From an uncultured Verrucomicrobiae bacterium (GTDB lineage: Bacteria; Verrucomicrobiota; Verrucomicrobiia; Chthoniobacterales; JAATET01), in NCBI GenBank assembly GCA_963719495.1, contig CAVRCI010000013.1, forward strand, positions 157,888 through 221,887: 64,000 nucleotides of DNA, read 5' to 3'. Within the stretch, counting starts at the first letter, position 1, and each line of letters starts with the position of its first letter. Below, in pieces: positions 44,301-53,146 of this stretch. Under the pieces are notes generated by a model. The model worked only from the letters and a program-made list of their open reading frames with translations, made no database searches and was not told where the DNA came from. Made by a program: the position numbers and the translations under genes.

Positions 44301-44618
44301 CGAGCCGACCGTCACCACGACTTCGTCGGCCGCGACCACAGCCCCCGGCGACGACGGATCGATCTCGCCCGCCCGCACGTCTCGAAGCACGACGGGCCGC
44401 AGCAATCCGGCCTCGACCGATTTCGCCTCCACCCGCCAACCCCAGCGCGGAGCCAGCCGTTCCATCCCAAATCGCACGAGCCTTTCGCTGATCGGTCGGT
44501 TCCCCACGAGCGCCGCGACCACCACAACGAGAAAACCCAGAACCAAAACACCCCGAACGCGCAACTTGCGGCGGGGCTTGGAAGTTGGTGGCAGCGCGCC
44601 GTGGGAATCTTCGCTCAT
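41316..44618 (-). CDS. TamB/AsmA-like translocation-and-assembly-module protein (DUF490-like C-terminus)
   Basis: 1,100 aa with an N-terminal anchor (VLVLGFLVVVVAALVG) and a long beta-rich body. The C-terminal part (GTLSGNLKLGGPLGAPRLDGRLSLEKLTV...) resembles the TamB C-terminal region. Confidence 0.6.
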   Translation of the reverse strand: MSEDSHGALPPTSKPRRKLRVRGVLVLGFLVVVVAALVGNRPISERLVRFGMERLAPRWGWRVEAKSVEAGLLRPVVLRDVRAGEIDPSSPGAVVAADEVVVTVGSLFGVLFGDGRVIDRLDCIGASVVVDLRGRQSGLRTTDGETSAEAREARAAMRLRLLPKTIAVRSGSFELTTDHGRARMDGISGALSESTTSEVTVANVDAEAAGRVVGWSNLRAVSGWRDGVAYFSDLELAEAMDVRTLVVSVADPGGMSVSLDLGVGGGEVRGDGSWKREAGLLRVDLALSVADLPLEAVAKLSGLAEPFGGVLKEGRVTWRGTPGRWADSEIAVRLEAEGLTRRGERWESLVMGANFIGRRLYFSNFQLIAGENRVTANGEIAVPRGDAEWLDSNFLLNVSVELKDVRKLATFAGDSWRDLEGRLSLHASVSGDAGRMDGYANAEASGLTLRGLPGTAMKLSSVLNDRELEVRSVELWSGADRLTARGAVGLKAPHRYSGEIAVAMADVSRFTGKLGGAAAKWLESGGFTFSWQGDGTAAAHSGVFRASLADAATPWTPTGITGEVEGTYSPENVYLSRLRLQNGPLVFATRLTVSDAGVNLADLNLRRRQLELLVGEAFMPVNVFALLRGEPKREVFDLKKPVYARVSSGELPLAELVAMAGQDAVAAGTVTFRLGASGPLPELSLEGLISGRGLAVTTGGYQLPRTAVDLAISTRDARLRAKGAMDSAGFEPLVIDAAMPFAFEVAEGGQVKFFDRTAPISAQIAIPRTNLKVLGALIPGVDASGGTLSGVVGIGGSVLAPELSGDLEVKNGEFALENLSAPKVTGLAARIRLTGSEIRVTKARGELGGGPVEFFGGVKGGRTPKVDFGLNAENVALDGFGLEALAAIRLRAVGDFGTGTVDGSIKVLSGRADRVFTFDARPSIEASSSVELADAPRDEPGGWAWNAGVALAPDVRIGRGADAGTLSGNLKLGGPLGAPRLDGRLSLEKLTVRSVAGWPIPVSGTIHYSKDGSPSPGFALAGRSQVAGAPISYVAVGSFAAMSAWISGSEDSDAFARTLNERAALRVDGWERVIGPAAPRRDVHPSRALLGVEASVISDE

Positions 44619-44670
44619 CGCGTCGGCAAACCTTCGAACACCCCGTAATCGCTGGAAAAAAACGCCACCC

Positions 44671-44715
44671 TAAAACGAATACAGCCCGCCGCAACCGAAT
44701 GGCGCGACGGGCTGT
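44671..44715 (-). terminator. Terminator-like hairpin downstream of the DoxX-NUDIX pair
   Basis: acagcccg...cgggctgt forms an 8-bp stem (44681-88 / 44708-15). The minus strand then reads AUUCGUUUUA and a further U-run. It lies in the 200-bp AT-richer gap before the TamB-like start. Confidence 0.35.
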
Positions 44716-44818
44716 TGTTCCCCCCAGAACAATCTTTCGATGAGCAAAAGGTAACCGAGTCGCCACGGACGGCAACAGAAATTCGAAGAAAATTAAAAAT
44801 AGTCATGACGACCTCTCG

Positions 44819-45355
44819 TCAAACAGCTTGCGCTCCGATCTTGCCGCAATCCCGCTCCCAATACATCGTTTTCGAAGTCATCTCCTCCTGATCGAACTCG
44901 AAAAAGCCCCGAAACCTGCGTCCCTCCAGCACTCCCGGCAGCCAATGCACGTCGTCGGCCCACATTTCGGCGTAGGGAATCGCCTCCAGCCGGGTCCAGA
45001 TCGGGAGCGCCTCGTCGGTTTCGATGAGATCACCCTCGCAATCCGTCGCGAGGTAAACCGCGCATTCCAACGAATAGCCGTCGGCAAATTGAAAGAACAA
45101 CTCCCCCCGCAACGCCATCCCGAGCGGCGTCACCCCCACCTCCTCGCGCGTCTCACGAATCGCCGCTTCCAACGTCGTTTCGCCCGCCTCCAGCCGTCCA
45201 CCCGGAGCGTTAATCTTCCCCGCGCCGAGCCCACGCTTTTTTCGAATGAGCAGAATCCACCCGTCCCGAACGACGAAACACAGCGTCGCCCGTTCCCGCG
45301 GCACCCACCCGTCCCAGGGCGCACCCGTCGGCCGAGCCAACCCCAAGTCACTCAT
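44819..45355 (-). CDS. NUDIX hydrolase (MutT-like)
   Basis: Nudix box GGRLEAGETTLEAAIRETREEVGV. Confidence 0.85.
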   Translation of the reverse strand: MSDLGLARPTGAPWDGWVPRERATLCFVVRDGWILLIRKKRGLGAGKINAPGGRLEAGETTLEAAIRETREEVGVTPLGMALRGELFFQFADGYSLECAVYLATDCEGDLIETDEALPIWTRLEAIPYAEMWADDVHWLPGVLEGRRFRGFFEFDQEEMTSKTMYWERDCGKIGAQAV

Positions 45356-45370
45356 CTTCTCACCGAAGCC

Positions 45371-45844
45371 CTACCCGAACCCCGGCAGCAATTGAGTGCT
45401 CAACGCCCGGTCCAGCGACAACCGACCGCCGCCCAGGAAAAGCAGAGCAAACGCCACCATCCCGAGAGCAAACGGATATTCATTTGCCGAGATCCCCTCA
45501 CCGGCGTGCACGATCACGATCGCCCCGGCCATGATCGCCATCACCCCCAACGCCGCCGCCCGCGTGAAAAACCCGAGAAACATCGCCACCGCGACCAGCA
45601 TCTCCCCGACGATCGCCGCCATGGCCACCGCGAACGGCAGGCCCAAACCCTCCACCGACGTCCACATTTTCAGAGTCTGCGTCCAACCCTCGCCGCCGAA
45701 CCAGCCGAACATCTTCTGCCCGCCGTGGTAGACGAAAACCGTCGCCAGCAGCATCCGCAAAACGAAGGGTCCAAAGCTCCGCGGAGTGGAGAAAAAAGCG
45801 AAGACCGGGTTACTGGACACGGGAGCGGATATACCAGCGAACAC
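45371..45844 (-). CDS. DoxX family membrane protein
   Basis: LRMLLATVFVYHGGQKMFGWFGG is the DoxX signature, and the protein has 4 TM segments. Start is GTG 45844, with an alternative GTG at 45820. Confidence 0.75.
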   Translation of the reverse strand: MFAGISAPVSSNPVFAFFSTPRSFGPFVLRMLLATVFVYHGGQKMFGWFGGEGWTQTLKMWTSVEGLGLPFAVAMAAIVGEMLVAVAMFLGFFTRAAALGVMAIMAGAIVIVHAGEGISANEYPFALGMVAFALLFLGGGRLSLDRALSTQLLPGFG

Positions 45845-45850
45845 CCGATT

Positions 45851-45880
45851 CCAAAATCCAAAATCTCAAATCCAAAATCC
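45851..45880. repeat. Heptanucleotide array (CCAAAAT)x4, one degenerate
   Basis: ccaaaat ccaaaat ctcaaat ccaaaat cc. On the minus strand this is (GGATTTT)n, starting 2 nt after the tRNA 3' end and ending 6 nt before the DoxX start. Confidence 0.85.
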
Positions 45881-45881
45881 G

Positions 45882-45954
45882 TAGGGGCGGCGGGATTCGA
45901 ACCCGCAACCAACCAGTTATGAGCCGGCTGCTCTAACCATTGAGCTACACCCCC
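45882..45954 (-). tRNA. tRNA-Met (anticodon CAT); tRNA-Ile2 (lysidine) not excluded
   Basis: The minus strand folds as a cloverleaf: acceptor GGGGGTG/CGCCCCT (two G-U pairs), D arm GCTC-AATGGTTA-GAGC, anticodon arm GCCGG-CTCATAA-CTGGT, variable loop TGGTT, T arm GCGGG-TTCGAAT-CCCGC, discriminator A. CCA is not encoded. Confidence 0.85.
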
Positions 45955-46016
45955 GGTGGCGGGGGCACGTTAGGTGAGCGTCGCGCGGAAAGCACGCGAA
46001 TCCGCATTGCGGACGT

Positions 46017-46047
46017 GTGATTGGTGACTGGTGACTGGTGATTGGTG
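46017..46047. repeat. Heptanucleotide array (GTGAYTG)x4.4
   Basis: gtgattg gtgactg gtgactg gtgattg gtg. Inverted partner of the array at 46121-46148. Confidence 0.85.
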
Positions 46048-46120
46048 GGAATGCAATTCAAGGAGCGGCGGGTTGACTTCGTCGGTCTCCGCTTCGCTCC
46101 GGCTCCAGCCGCCGAAGTTT

Positions 46121-46148
46121 CACCCACCATTCACCATTCACCAATCAC
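46121..46148. repeat. Heptanucleotide array (CAYYCAC)x4
   Basis: cacccac cattcac cattcac caatcac. This is the reverse complement of the GTGAWTG family. It overlaps the PdeM stop codon (46145-46147) and, with 46017-46047, flanks a 73-bp core. Confidence 0.85.
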
Positions 46149-46786
46149 GCAACCCCCACCACGCTCTCCCCCACCACCGCAAACAACCGCTCACCCGCCC
46201 GCCGCCGTTGCACCACCAAACCCGTCATCCCACCGAATGCCGGAAGGATCGTCCGCCGCTCCCCGACGATGAATCCCGGCAGCCGCAGCGTCTGCCGCCC
46301 CGCGCCGACCAACCGCACCCCCGGGTGGATGTGACCACACAGAACGTGCCCGCCATCCAGCTCGACCGGCTCGTGCGCCAGCCGCCAGGGCCCCCGCTCG
46401 ACCCCACTCGGCAGGATCTCCATCCCCAGCCGCCCCGGCAATTTCGCCGCCCGCCGGTCGTGATTTCCCAGCACGATCTCGATCGTCAGCTCCGACCGCG
46501 TCTCCCGCCACGCCCGCAGCGCCTCCATCGTCCGCGACTCCGCCGAGAATTGGGAATGAAACACGTCGCCAAGAATCCAAAGCCGCGCCGCGCCGTGACG
46601 ATCCAACAACTCGCCCAACCTCGTCAAATCCCCCCCCGTCGTCCCCTCCGGCACCGCCGCCAGACCCGCCCGCGCCGTGGCATCCTTCCCGAAATGCGTG
46701 TCCGCCACGATCACCGTCCGCTCCCCCGCCCAGATCATCGCCCGCCCATCCAGCTTCACCCGCTCCCCCCCGATCTCGACCTCCAT
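46145..46786 (-). CDS. pdeM: Ligase-associated DNA damage response endonuclease PdeM-like metallophosphoesterase
   Basis: Only the C-terminal 213 aa of the 604-aa track ORF are kept, from ATG 46786 (alternative 46849). Motifs VADTHFGKD, ILGDVFH, LGNHD and CGHIHP, plus overall PdeM-like length. The rest of the track ORF is antisense to the ABC ATPase gene. Confidence 0.7.
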   Translation of the reverse strand: MEVEIGGERVKLDGRAMIWAGERTVIVADTHFGKDATARAGLAAVPEGTTGGDLTRLGELLDRHGAARLWILGDVFHSQFSAESRTMEALRAWRETRSELTIEIVLGNHDRRAAKLPGRLGMEILPSGVERGPWRLAHEPVELDGGHVLCGHIHPGVRLVGAGRQTLRLPGFIVGERRTILPAFGGMTGLVVQRRRAGERLFAVVGESVVGVA

Positions 46787-46873
46787 CACCGCCCCGCAAC
46801 TCACCGCGGATCGCCGACGATTGCAATCCCCTCGGCCACTCGTTAACATTTTCCCACACCACTCAAAAATACC

Positions 46874-47995
<1,122 letters not shown>

Positions 47996-48008
47996 GCGAG
48001 CCCGTCGA

Positions 48009-48905
48009 ATGATCCGTCCGATTCAGTTCCTGACCGTTACGTTCGCCCTCACTCATTCGGTTTTCGCCGATTTTGACGAAGACCTCGCTGCCGCGAAAGG
48101 AAAGGGCCCAGACGCCGTTGCGGAATTGCAAAGCAGCGCCGAGGACTCGGAGGCGGACAATCCCGCCTATTACGTCGCTCTGGCGAACTACTGGTTCGCG
48201 CGCAGTCAAGCGATCAGCATCTCGACCAAACCGGCGGACGACGGGGATTTCGTCATCGCCGATCAGCAGTCGGGCCAATCGATGGGCAGCCTCAGCCGCG
48301 GCGGCGTGGTCGATCCCGCGTTGGCCGACAAAGCCCCCGCCCTGCTCCAGCGAGCGACCGAACGATTCCCGGCGCGCCTCGACATTGCGCTCGGTCTCGC
48401 AACCGTCCTGGCAGAAGAAAACCGCTACGCTGACTGCCTCGAAACCTTCATTGACCTCACCGATCGATTCCACGCGAAGCCAACGTCATTCGTTGACAAG
48501 GACGATCGTCCCATGACCGCCGAAGCCACGCGCAAACTGATGGCTAACGGCATCTACGACCGAGCCGCCGATCTTTACGCCGATGAGACCGCGGCTGCGG
48601 CGGAAACCTGCCGATCGCTCGTTGATCTCGCGATCGAAGAATTTCCGCCCGACCCCCGTCCGCTCAATCTTCTGGCCGCCCTCGACATCCAATCCGGCAA
48701 CCATGAGGCGGCGATCAATTCTCTAAAGAAAGCCCGCGCCATCGACGCAGCCGATCCCATCGTTGCCCTCAATCTAGCGGACCAATATCTCGCGACAGGA
48801 AACAAAGCCAAAGCCCGGGAGATCGCCAACGACCTGCTGGCCAACAATCCGGGCGAATACGAACCCGACGCGCGAGCGATCCTGGACGCGGCGAAAGACA
48901 ATTAG
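48009..48905 (+). CDS. TPR-like secreted protein (hypothetical)
   Basis: Starts at ATG 48009 (MIRPIQFLTVTFALTHSVFA, a signal peptide). The C-terminus has TPR-like helices (LNLLAALDIQSGNHEAAINSLKKARAIDAADPIVALNLADQYLATGNKAKAREIANDLL). Confidence 0.5.
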   Translation: MIRPIQFLTVTFALTHSVFADFDEDLAAAKGKGPDAVAELQSSAEDSEADNPAYYVALANYWFARSQAISISTKPADDGDFVIADQQSGQSMGSLSRGGVVDPALADKAPALLQRATERFPARLDIALGLATVLAEENRYADCLETFIDLTDRFHAKPTSFVDKDDRPMTAEATRKLMANGIYDRAADLYADETAAAAETCRSLVDLAIEEFPPDPRPLNLLAALDIQSGNHEAAINSLKKARAIDAADPIVALNLADQYLATGNKAKAREIANDLLANNPGEYEPDARAILDAAKDN

Positions 48906-48966
48906 AGTCGATCGACTCGTCGGCGCATTAGACCATTCATCGTAAATAATCCGATAACTCGCAAAA

Positions 48967-49059
48967 TGTAGCGGCGGTCTGTGACCGCCGCAGATCTCGC
49001 GACCCGAAAATTATCGACGCTGCTCAAGACGACGGCGGCGGTCGCAGACCGCCGCTACA
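48967..49059. repeat. 93-bp palindromic element (two inverted 25-nt hairpin modules)
   Basis: tgtagcggcggtctgtgaccgccgc (48967-91) and gcggcggtcgcagaccgccgctaca (49035-59) are reverse complements with 1 mismatch. Each arm is itself a 9-bp-stem hairpin (gcggcggtc-NNN-gaccgccgc). Spacer is about 42 bp. Confidence 0.85.
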
Positions 49060-49205
49060 GGAATGGTCAGGTGAATCGTAAGATTTGGTATTGGTGGCAA
49101 GGAAGACCCGGATGCCCGCACGAAGGCGCGAAGAATCAAACGGCTATCGAATTCCTTCGCGGCCCCGCGCCTTCGCGCGAGACGCGTCACTCACGCGAAC
49201 CGACG

Positions 49206-49640
49206 TCACTTCCGGGCCGCGACGGTCTTTAGATCACGCAGCGCGCGGTCGCCGTCGTCACGAATCTGCTCGTAGGTCACGAGGCCGTATTCCTTGGTGA
49301 GAGACGCGTCGAGCAGCGCCACTTTGGGAATGTATTTTCCCTGCGACGAGATCAGCTTCGAAACGTTCTTGGGGATGTCGGAATAATTTTTGACGTAGAC
49401 GACCACCGCGGATGTCCGGAACGTCCGCAGGATCGATCCGGTGGCATTCTGACAAAGTCCGCACGTCGTATCCTTGTCGGTGTAGACGAAAGCGATCGGC
49501 TTGTTGGATTTCTCCGCCGCCGCCTGCGCCTCGGCGAGCTCGGACGCCTCGAACGAGTTCGAGGGGAATCTGATCTCGGCGAACAGAGGAGAGACGGAAA
49601 TGCTTAGAATCAAAGTCGTGATGAGTGCCCGTAATTTCAT
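49206..49640 (-). CDS. Thioredoxin-fold protein (CxxC) with signal peptide
   Basis: Signal peptide MKLRALITTLILSISVSPLFA. KPIAFVYTDKDTTCGLCQ resembles the thioredoxin-like family with a CGLC redox motif. Visibly lower G+C and different codon usage from its neighbours. Confidence 0.55.
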   Translation of the reverse strand: MKLRALITTLILSISVSPLFAEIRFPSNSFEASELAEAQAAAEKSNKPIAFVYTDKDTTCGLCQNATGSILRTFRTSAVVVYVKNYSDIPKNVSKLISSQGKYIPKVALLDASLTKEYGLVTYEQIRDDGDRALRDLKTVAARK

Positions 49641-49698
49641 AATTCGTCATTACGCTGCGCGGGCCATCGTGTCAACGAGCCCGAGCGAGCCCGACCCG

Positions 49699-49865
49699 TA
49701 GGGTAGGGCAGCCGCGCCGCCGGGTGCCCACTTTAGTTACCAATGGGGGTGGTTTACGAAGTGTCTTCGGTCTGCTCGGAAGCGCGCGGCAGGACGGAGC
49801 GCCGCGGGTGGTTCGCTCGACCGGCGTGAAAGTCACGGAACCCGGCGGCGCGGCTTCCCTACCCT
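49699..49865. mobile_element. MITE-like element with roughly 29-nt terminal inverted repeats
   Basis: tagggtagggcagccgcgccgccgggtgcc (49699-49728) compared with the reverse complement of 49837-49865 (agggtagggaagccgcgccgccgggttcc) shows 2 mismatches. Core is about 108 bp with no ORF. A solo related copy lies at 15664-15692. Confidence 0.6.
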
Positions 49866-49901
49866 TCTTTGACGATGCCTCGGCTTGCGCCGAGACCGCG
49901 C

Positions 49902-51749
49902 CTACTCCACCGTCACGCTCTTGGCCAAATTCCGCGGCTTGTCCACGTCGCACCCCAGCTCGACCGCGACGTGATACGCGAACAACTGCATCGCGATCGA
50001 CGTCAGAATCGGCATGAGGAATTCCGGCGCGTCCGGCACGAGAATCACGTCGTCCGCGACTCTCGCCAACCGCTCGTCACCCTCGGTCCCAACCGCGATC
50101 ACCGGTCCCTTGCGCGCCTTCACTTCCTCGATGTTGCTGAGGTTTTTCTCGAAGACGGCGTCGCGCGGCGCGATCACGACGGTCGGCGTCTCTTCGTTCA
50201 CCAACGCGATCACGCCATGTTTCAACTCGGCGCTCGGGTAGCCGGACGCCGCGATGTAGCTGATCTCCTTCAACTTCAACGCGGCCTCCATCGCGACCGG
50301 GTAATTGAATTGCCGACCCATGAAGAGCATCACTTTCGCCTGCGCGTATTTCTTCGCGATCACCGCGATCCGGTCACTGAGCTCCAGCGTTCGCGCCACC
50401 TTCTCCGGCAACCGCTCGAGCTCGGCTATGATCCTCATTCCCTCGGGATGGGACAAATTCCGAATCCGCCCCATCAGCAACGCGATGAGCGCCTGAATCA
50501 CGACCTGGGAAGTGAAAGATTTCGTCGCCGCCACGCCGACCTCCGGCCCGGCGTGCATGTAGACGCCACCGTCGCTCTCACGCGCGATCGTGCTGCCGAC
50601 GTTGTTGCAGATTCCGAGCGTCCGGTGGCCCTTCCGCCGACTCTCCCGCAGCGCCGCCAGAGTGTCGGCGGTCTCACCGCTCTGACTGATCACGAAAACC
50701 AACGTGTCCTTCGTCGTCGGAAGATTGCGATACCGAAACTCGCTGGCGAATTCGCACTCGACCGGCATTTTTGCCAGCGTCTCGATGAGGTATTCGCCGA
50801 TCATCGCCGCGTGCATCGCCGAGCCGCACCCGGCCAGGATCACCCGATCGACGTCGCGGAGGTCGGAGTTCGACATGTTCAGGCCGCCAAGGATGGCCGT
50901 TCCTTCCTCGTGGGAAAGCCGCCCGCGCATGGCGTCACGCACGGTGTTCGGCTGCTCGAAGATTTCCTTGAGCATGTAATGGGGGTAGTTGCCCTTGCTC
51001 ACGTCCTTCTCGGTGAACTCGACCTTGCTGATCTCGAACCCCGCGCCGTCCCCTTGCAGCGTCGTGATCTGGAACGAATCGTCCTGCACGGCGACGATCT
51101 CGTAGTCCTTGAGGTAAACCACGTCCCGCGTGCGGCTCACCATCGCCGCCACGTCACTGGCGATCAGGTGCTCGCCCTTCGCGATCCCCAGGACGAGCGG
51201 ACTGCCCCGCCTCGCTCCGACCAGCACGCCCGGCACGTCGGCGTGCAGCACCGCGATCCCGTAAGTCCCGATCACCCGCTTGAGCGCCCGCCGCACCGCG
51301 TCGACCAGATCGCCGGCCGCCGTCCCGCCTTCACGGTCGAATTCTGAACCGATCAGGTGCGCGAGCACTTCGGAGTCGGTCTGCGATTTGAATTCGTGGC
51401 CCTGCTCCTGAAATTCGGCGCGCAGGTCCTGGTAATTTTCGATCACGCCATTGTGAACCAGCGCCAGCTTACCCGATTGGTCGGAGTGCGGGTGGGCATT
51501 CTCGGCGGTCACCCCGCCATGCGTTGCCCACCGCGTGTGGCAGATCCCGATTTCCCCCGCGAGCGGCGACTCGCCGAGCAGGCGATCCAGCTCGGCGATC
51601 CGTCCGACCGCCCTGCGGCTCGCGATCCCGTCGGCAGTCTGAGTCGCGATGCCCGCCGAATCATACCCCCGGTATTCCAGGCGTCGCAGACCCTGCAACA
51701 ACACGCCCGAGGCCTGCGATTTTCCGACGTAACCAACGATTCCACACAT
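49902..51749 (-). CDS. glmS: Glutamine--fructose-6-phosphate aminotransferase (isomerizing)
   Basis: Trimmed to ATG 51749, giving MCGIVGYVG (N-terminal Cys nucleophile). Two SIS domains. C-terminus ...PRNLAKSVTVE. Confidence 0.95.
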   Translation of the reverse strand: MCGIVGYVGKSQASGVLLQGLRRLEYRGYDSAGIATQTADGIASRRAVGRIAELDRLLGESPLAGEIGICHTRWATHGGVTAENAHPHSDQSGKLALVHNGVIENYQDLRAEFQEQGHEFKSQTDSEVLAHLIGSEFDREGGTAAGDLVDAVRRALKRVIGTYGIAVLHADVPGVLVGARRGSPLVLGIAKGEHLIASDVAAMVSRTRDVVYLKDYEIVAVQDDSFQITTLQGDGAGFEISKVEFTEKDVSKGNYPHYMLKEIFEQPNTVRDAMRGRLSHEEGTAILGGLNMSNSDLRDVDRVILAGCGSAMHAAMIGEYLIETLAKMPVECEFASEFRYRNLPTTKDTLVFVISQSGETADTLAALRESRRKGHRTLGICNNVGSTIARESDGGVYMHAGPEVGVAATKSFTSQVVIQALIALLMGRIRNLSHPEGMRIIAELERLPEKVARTLELSDRIAVIAKKYAQAKVMLFMGRQFNYPVAMEAALKLKEISYIAASGYPSAELKHGVIALVNEETPTVVIAPRDAVFEKNLSNIEEVKARKGPVIAVGTEGDERLARVADDVILVPDAPEFLMPILTSIAMQLFAYHVAVELGCDVDKPRNLAKSVTVE

Positions 51750-51835
51750 AATTTTCAGGCCTCCAAGAGGGTTTGCAGGGTGACAAAGCCCCCGCCCTCC
51801 GGCAAGGTCCATCCCACCCCAAACCCTACTCCCAC

Positions 51836-53128
51836 ATGAGTCGCAAAGTTCTCTCTCTCACTAAAGGCACCCTCGCCATCATCATGGGCGGCGGTGCCGG
51901 CACCCGCCTCTTCCCCCTCACCAAACTCCGCGCGAAGCCCGCCGTCCCGCTGGGTGGCAAATATCGGCTCGTCGACATTCCGATCAGCAATTGCCTGAAC
52001 TCCGGCATCCGCGCGATGTATGTGCTGACCCAGTTCAACACCACGTCACTGCACCGCCACATCACCGACACCTACAAATTCGACGGGTTCAGCCGCAGTT
52101 TCGTCGACATTCTCGCCGCCCAGCAGACCCCCGAGGGTTCGGATTGGTATCAAGGCACCGCCGACGCCGTCCGGCAGAATCTCCGCTACTTCCTCGAGCA
52201 ACCCTACGAGCACTTCATCGTCCTGAGCGGCGATCAGCTCTACCGGATGGATTACCGCGACATCATCCGACAGCACATCGAGCGTGACGCCGACATCACC
52301 CTCGGCGTCATCCCGGTCAACCGCGACGCCGTCCCTGGATTCGGCATCATGCACACCGACGAGGACAAGCGTGTGATCGAATTCGTCGAGAAACCGAAAG
52401 ATCCCGCCGTCCAGGACACCCTTCGCATCCCGAAGCCCATCCTGCGTTCCCTCGGCAAGCACGAGGACGAGGAGCTCTTCCAAGCCTCGATGGGCATCTA
52501 CGTCTTCAACCGCCAGGTTCTCGTCGATTGCCTCGACAACGACCTCGCCGACTTCGGCAAAAACATCATCCCGGCCGCCATCGAGCGGAACAAAGTCGAC
52601 GCCTACATTTTCGAGGGTTACTGGGAGGACATCGGCACGATCCGCGCGTTCTTCGACGCGAATCTCGCCCTCGCCGACGACGAGCCAGCCTACAATTTCT
52701 ACACCGGCGGCGACCCGACCTTCACGCAGCCGCGCTTCCTGCCCGCGAGCTTCATCCGGAATTCCCGCATCGACAGCGCCATCGTCTCCGACGGCAGCCA
52801 CATCCTCCACTCCACCATCCAGCGCTGCTCCATCGGCATCCGGAGCATCATCCGCGAAGGCAGCACCGTGCAGAACACCGTCATGATGGGCGCCGATCAC
52901 TTCGATGCCGACTTGCCGAATACCGACCCCCACCTCCCGCGCATCGGCATCGGCAAGAACTGCCACATCGATCACGCGATCCTCGACAAAAATGTCCGCA
53001 TCGGCGACGGCGTCACGATCACCCGCGAAGGCAAGGAGAAGGACTTCGACGGCGATGGTTTCTACGTGCGCGACGGGATCGTCGTGATCCCGAAGAACTC
53101 CGTGATTGCCCCCGGCACTCGGATTTGA
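51836..53128 (+). CDS. glgC: Glucose-1-phosphate adenylyltransferase
   Basis: Trimmed to ATG 51836. Contains IIMGGGAGTRLFPLTKLRAKPAVPLGGKYRLVDIPISNCLNSG and a left-handed beta-helix C-terminus. Confidence 0.9.
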   Translation: MSRKVLSLTKGTLAIIMGGGAGTRLFPLTKLRAKPAVPLGGKYRLVDIPISNCLNSGIRAMYVLTQFNTTSLHRHITDTYKFDGFSRSFVDILAAQQTPEGSDWYQGTADAVRQNLRYFLEQPYEHFIVLSGDQLYRMDYRDIIRQHIERDADITLGVIPVNRDAVPGFGIMHTDEDKRVIEFVEKPKDPAVQDTLRIPKPILRSLGKHEDEELFQASMGIYVFNRQVLVDCLDNDLADFGKNIIPAAIERNKVDAYIFEGYWEDIGTIRAFFDANLALADDEPAYNFYTGGDPTFTQPRFLPASFIRNSRIDSAIVSDGSHILHSTIQRCSIGIRSIIREGSTVQNTVMMGADHFDADLPNTDPHLPRIGIGKNCHIDHAILDKNVRIGDGVTITREGKEKDFDGDGFYVRDGIVVIPKNSVIAPGTRI

Positions 53129-53146
53129 CCACAGTCCGGGTTTCCG

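Noticed and set aside
51750-51835. Possible glmS ribozyme or other leader upstream of glmS.
   Set aside because: Only about 86 bp separate the divergent glmS and glgC starts, which is too short for the glmS ribozyme, and no conserved core was recognised.
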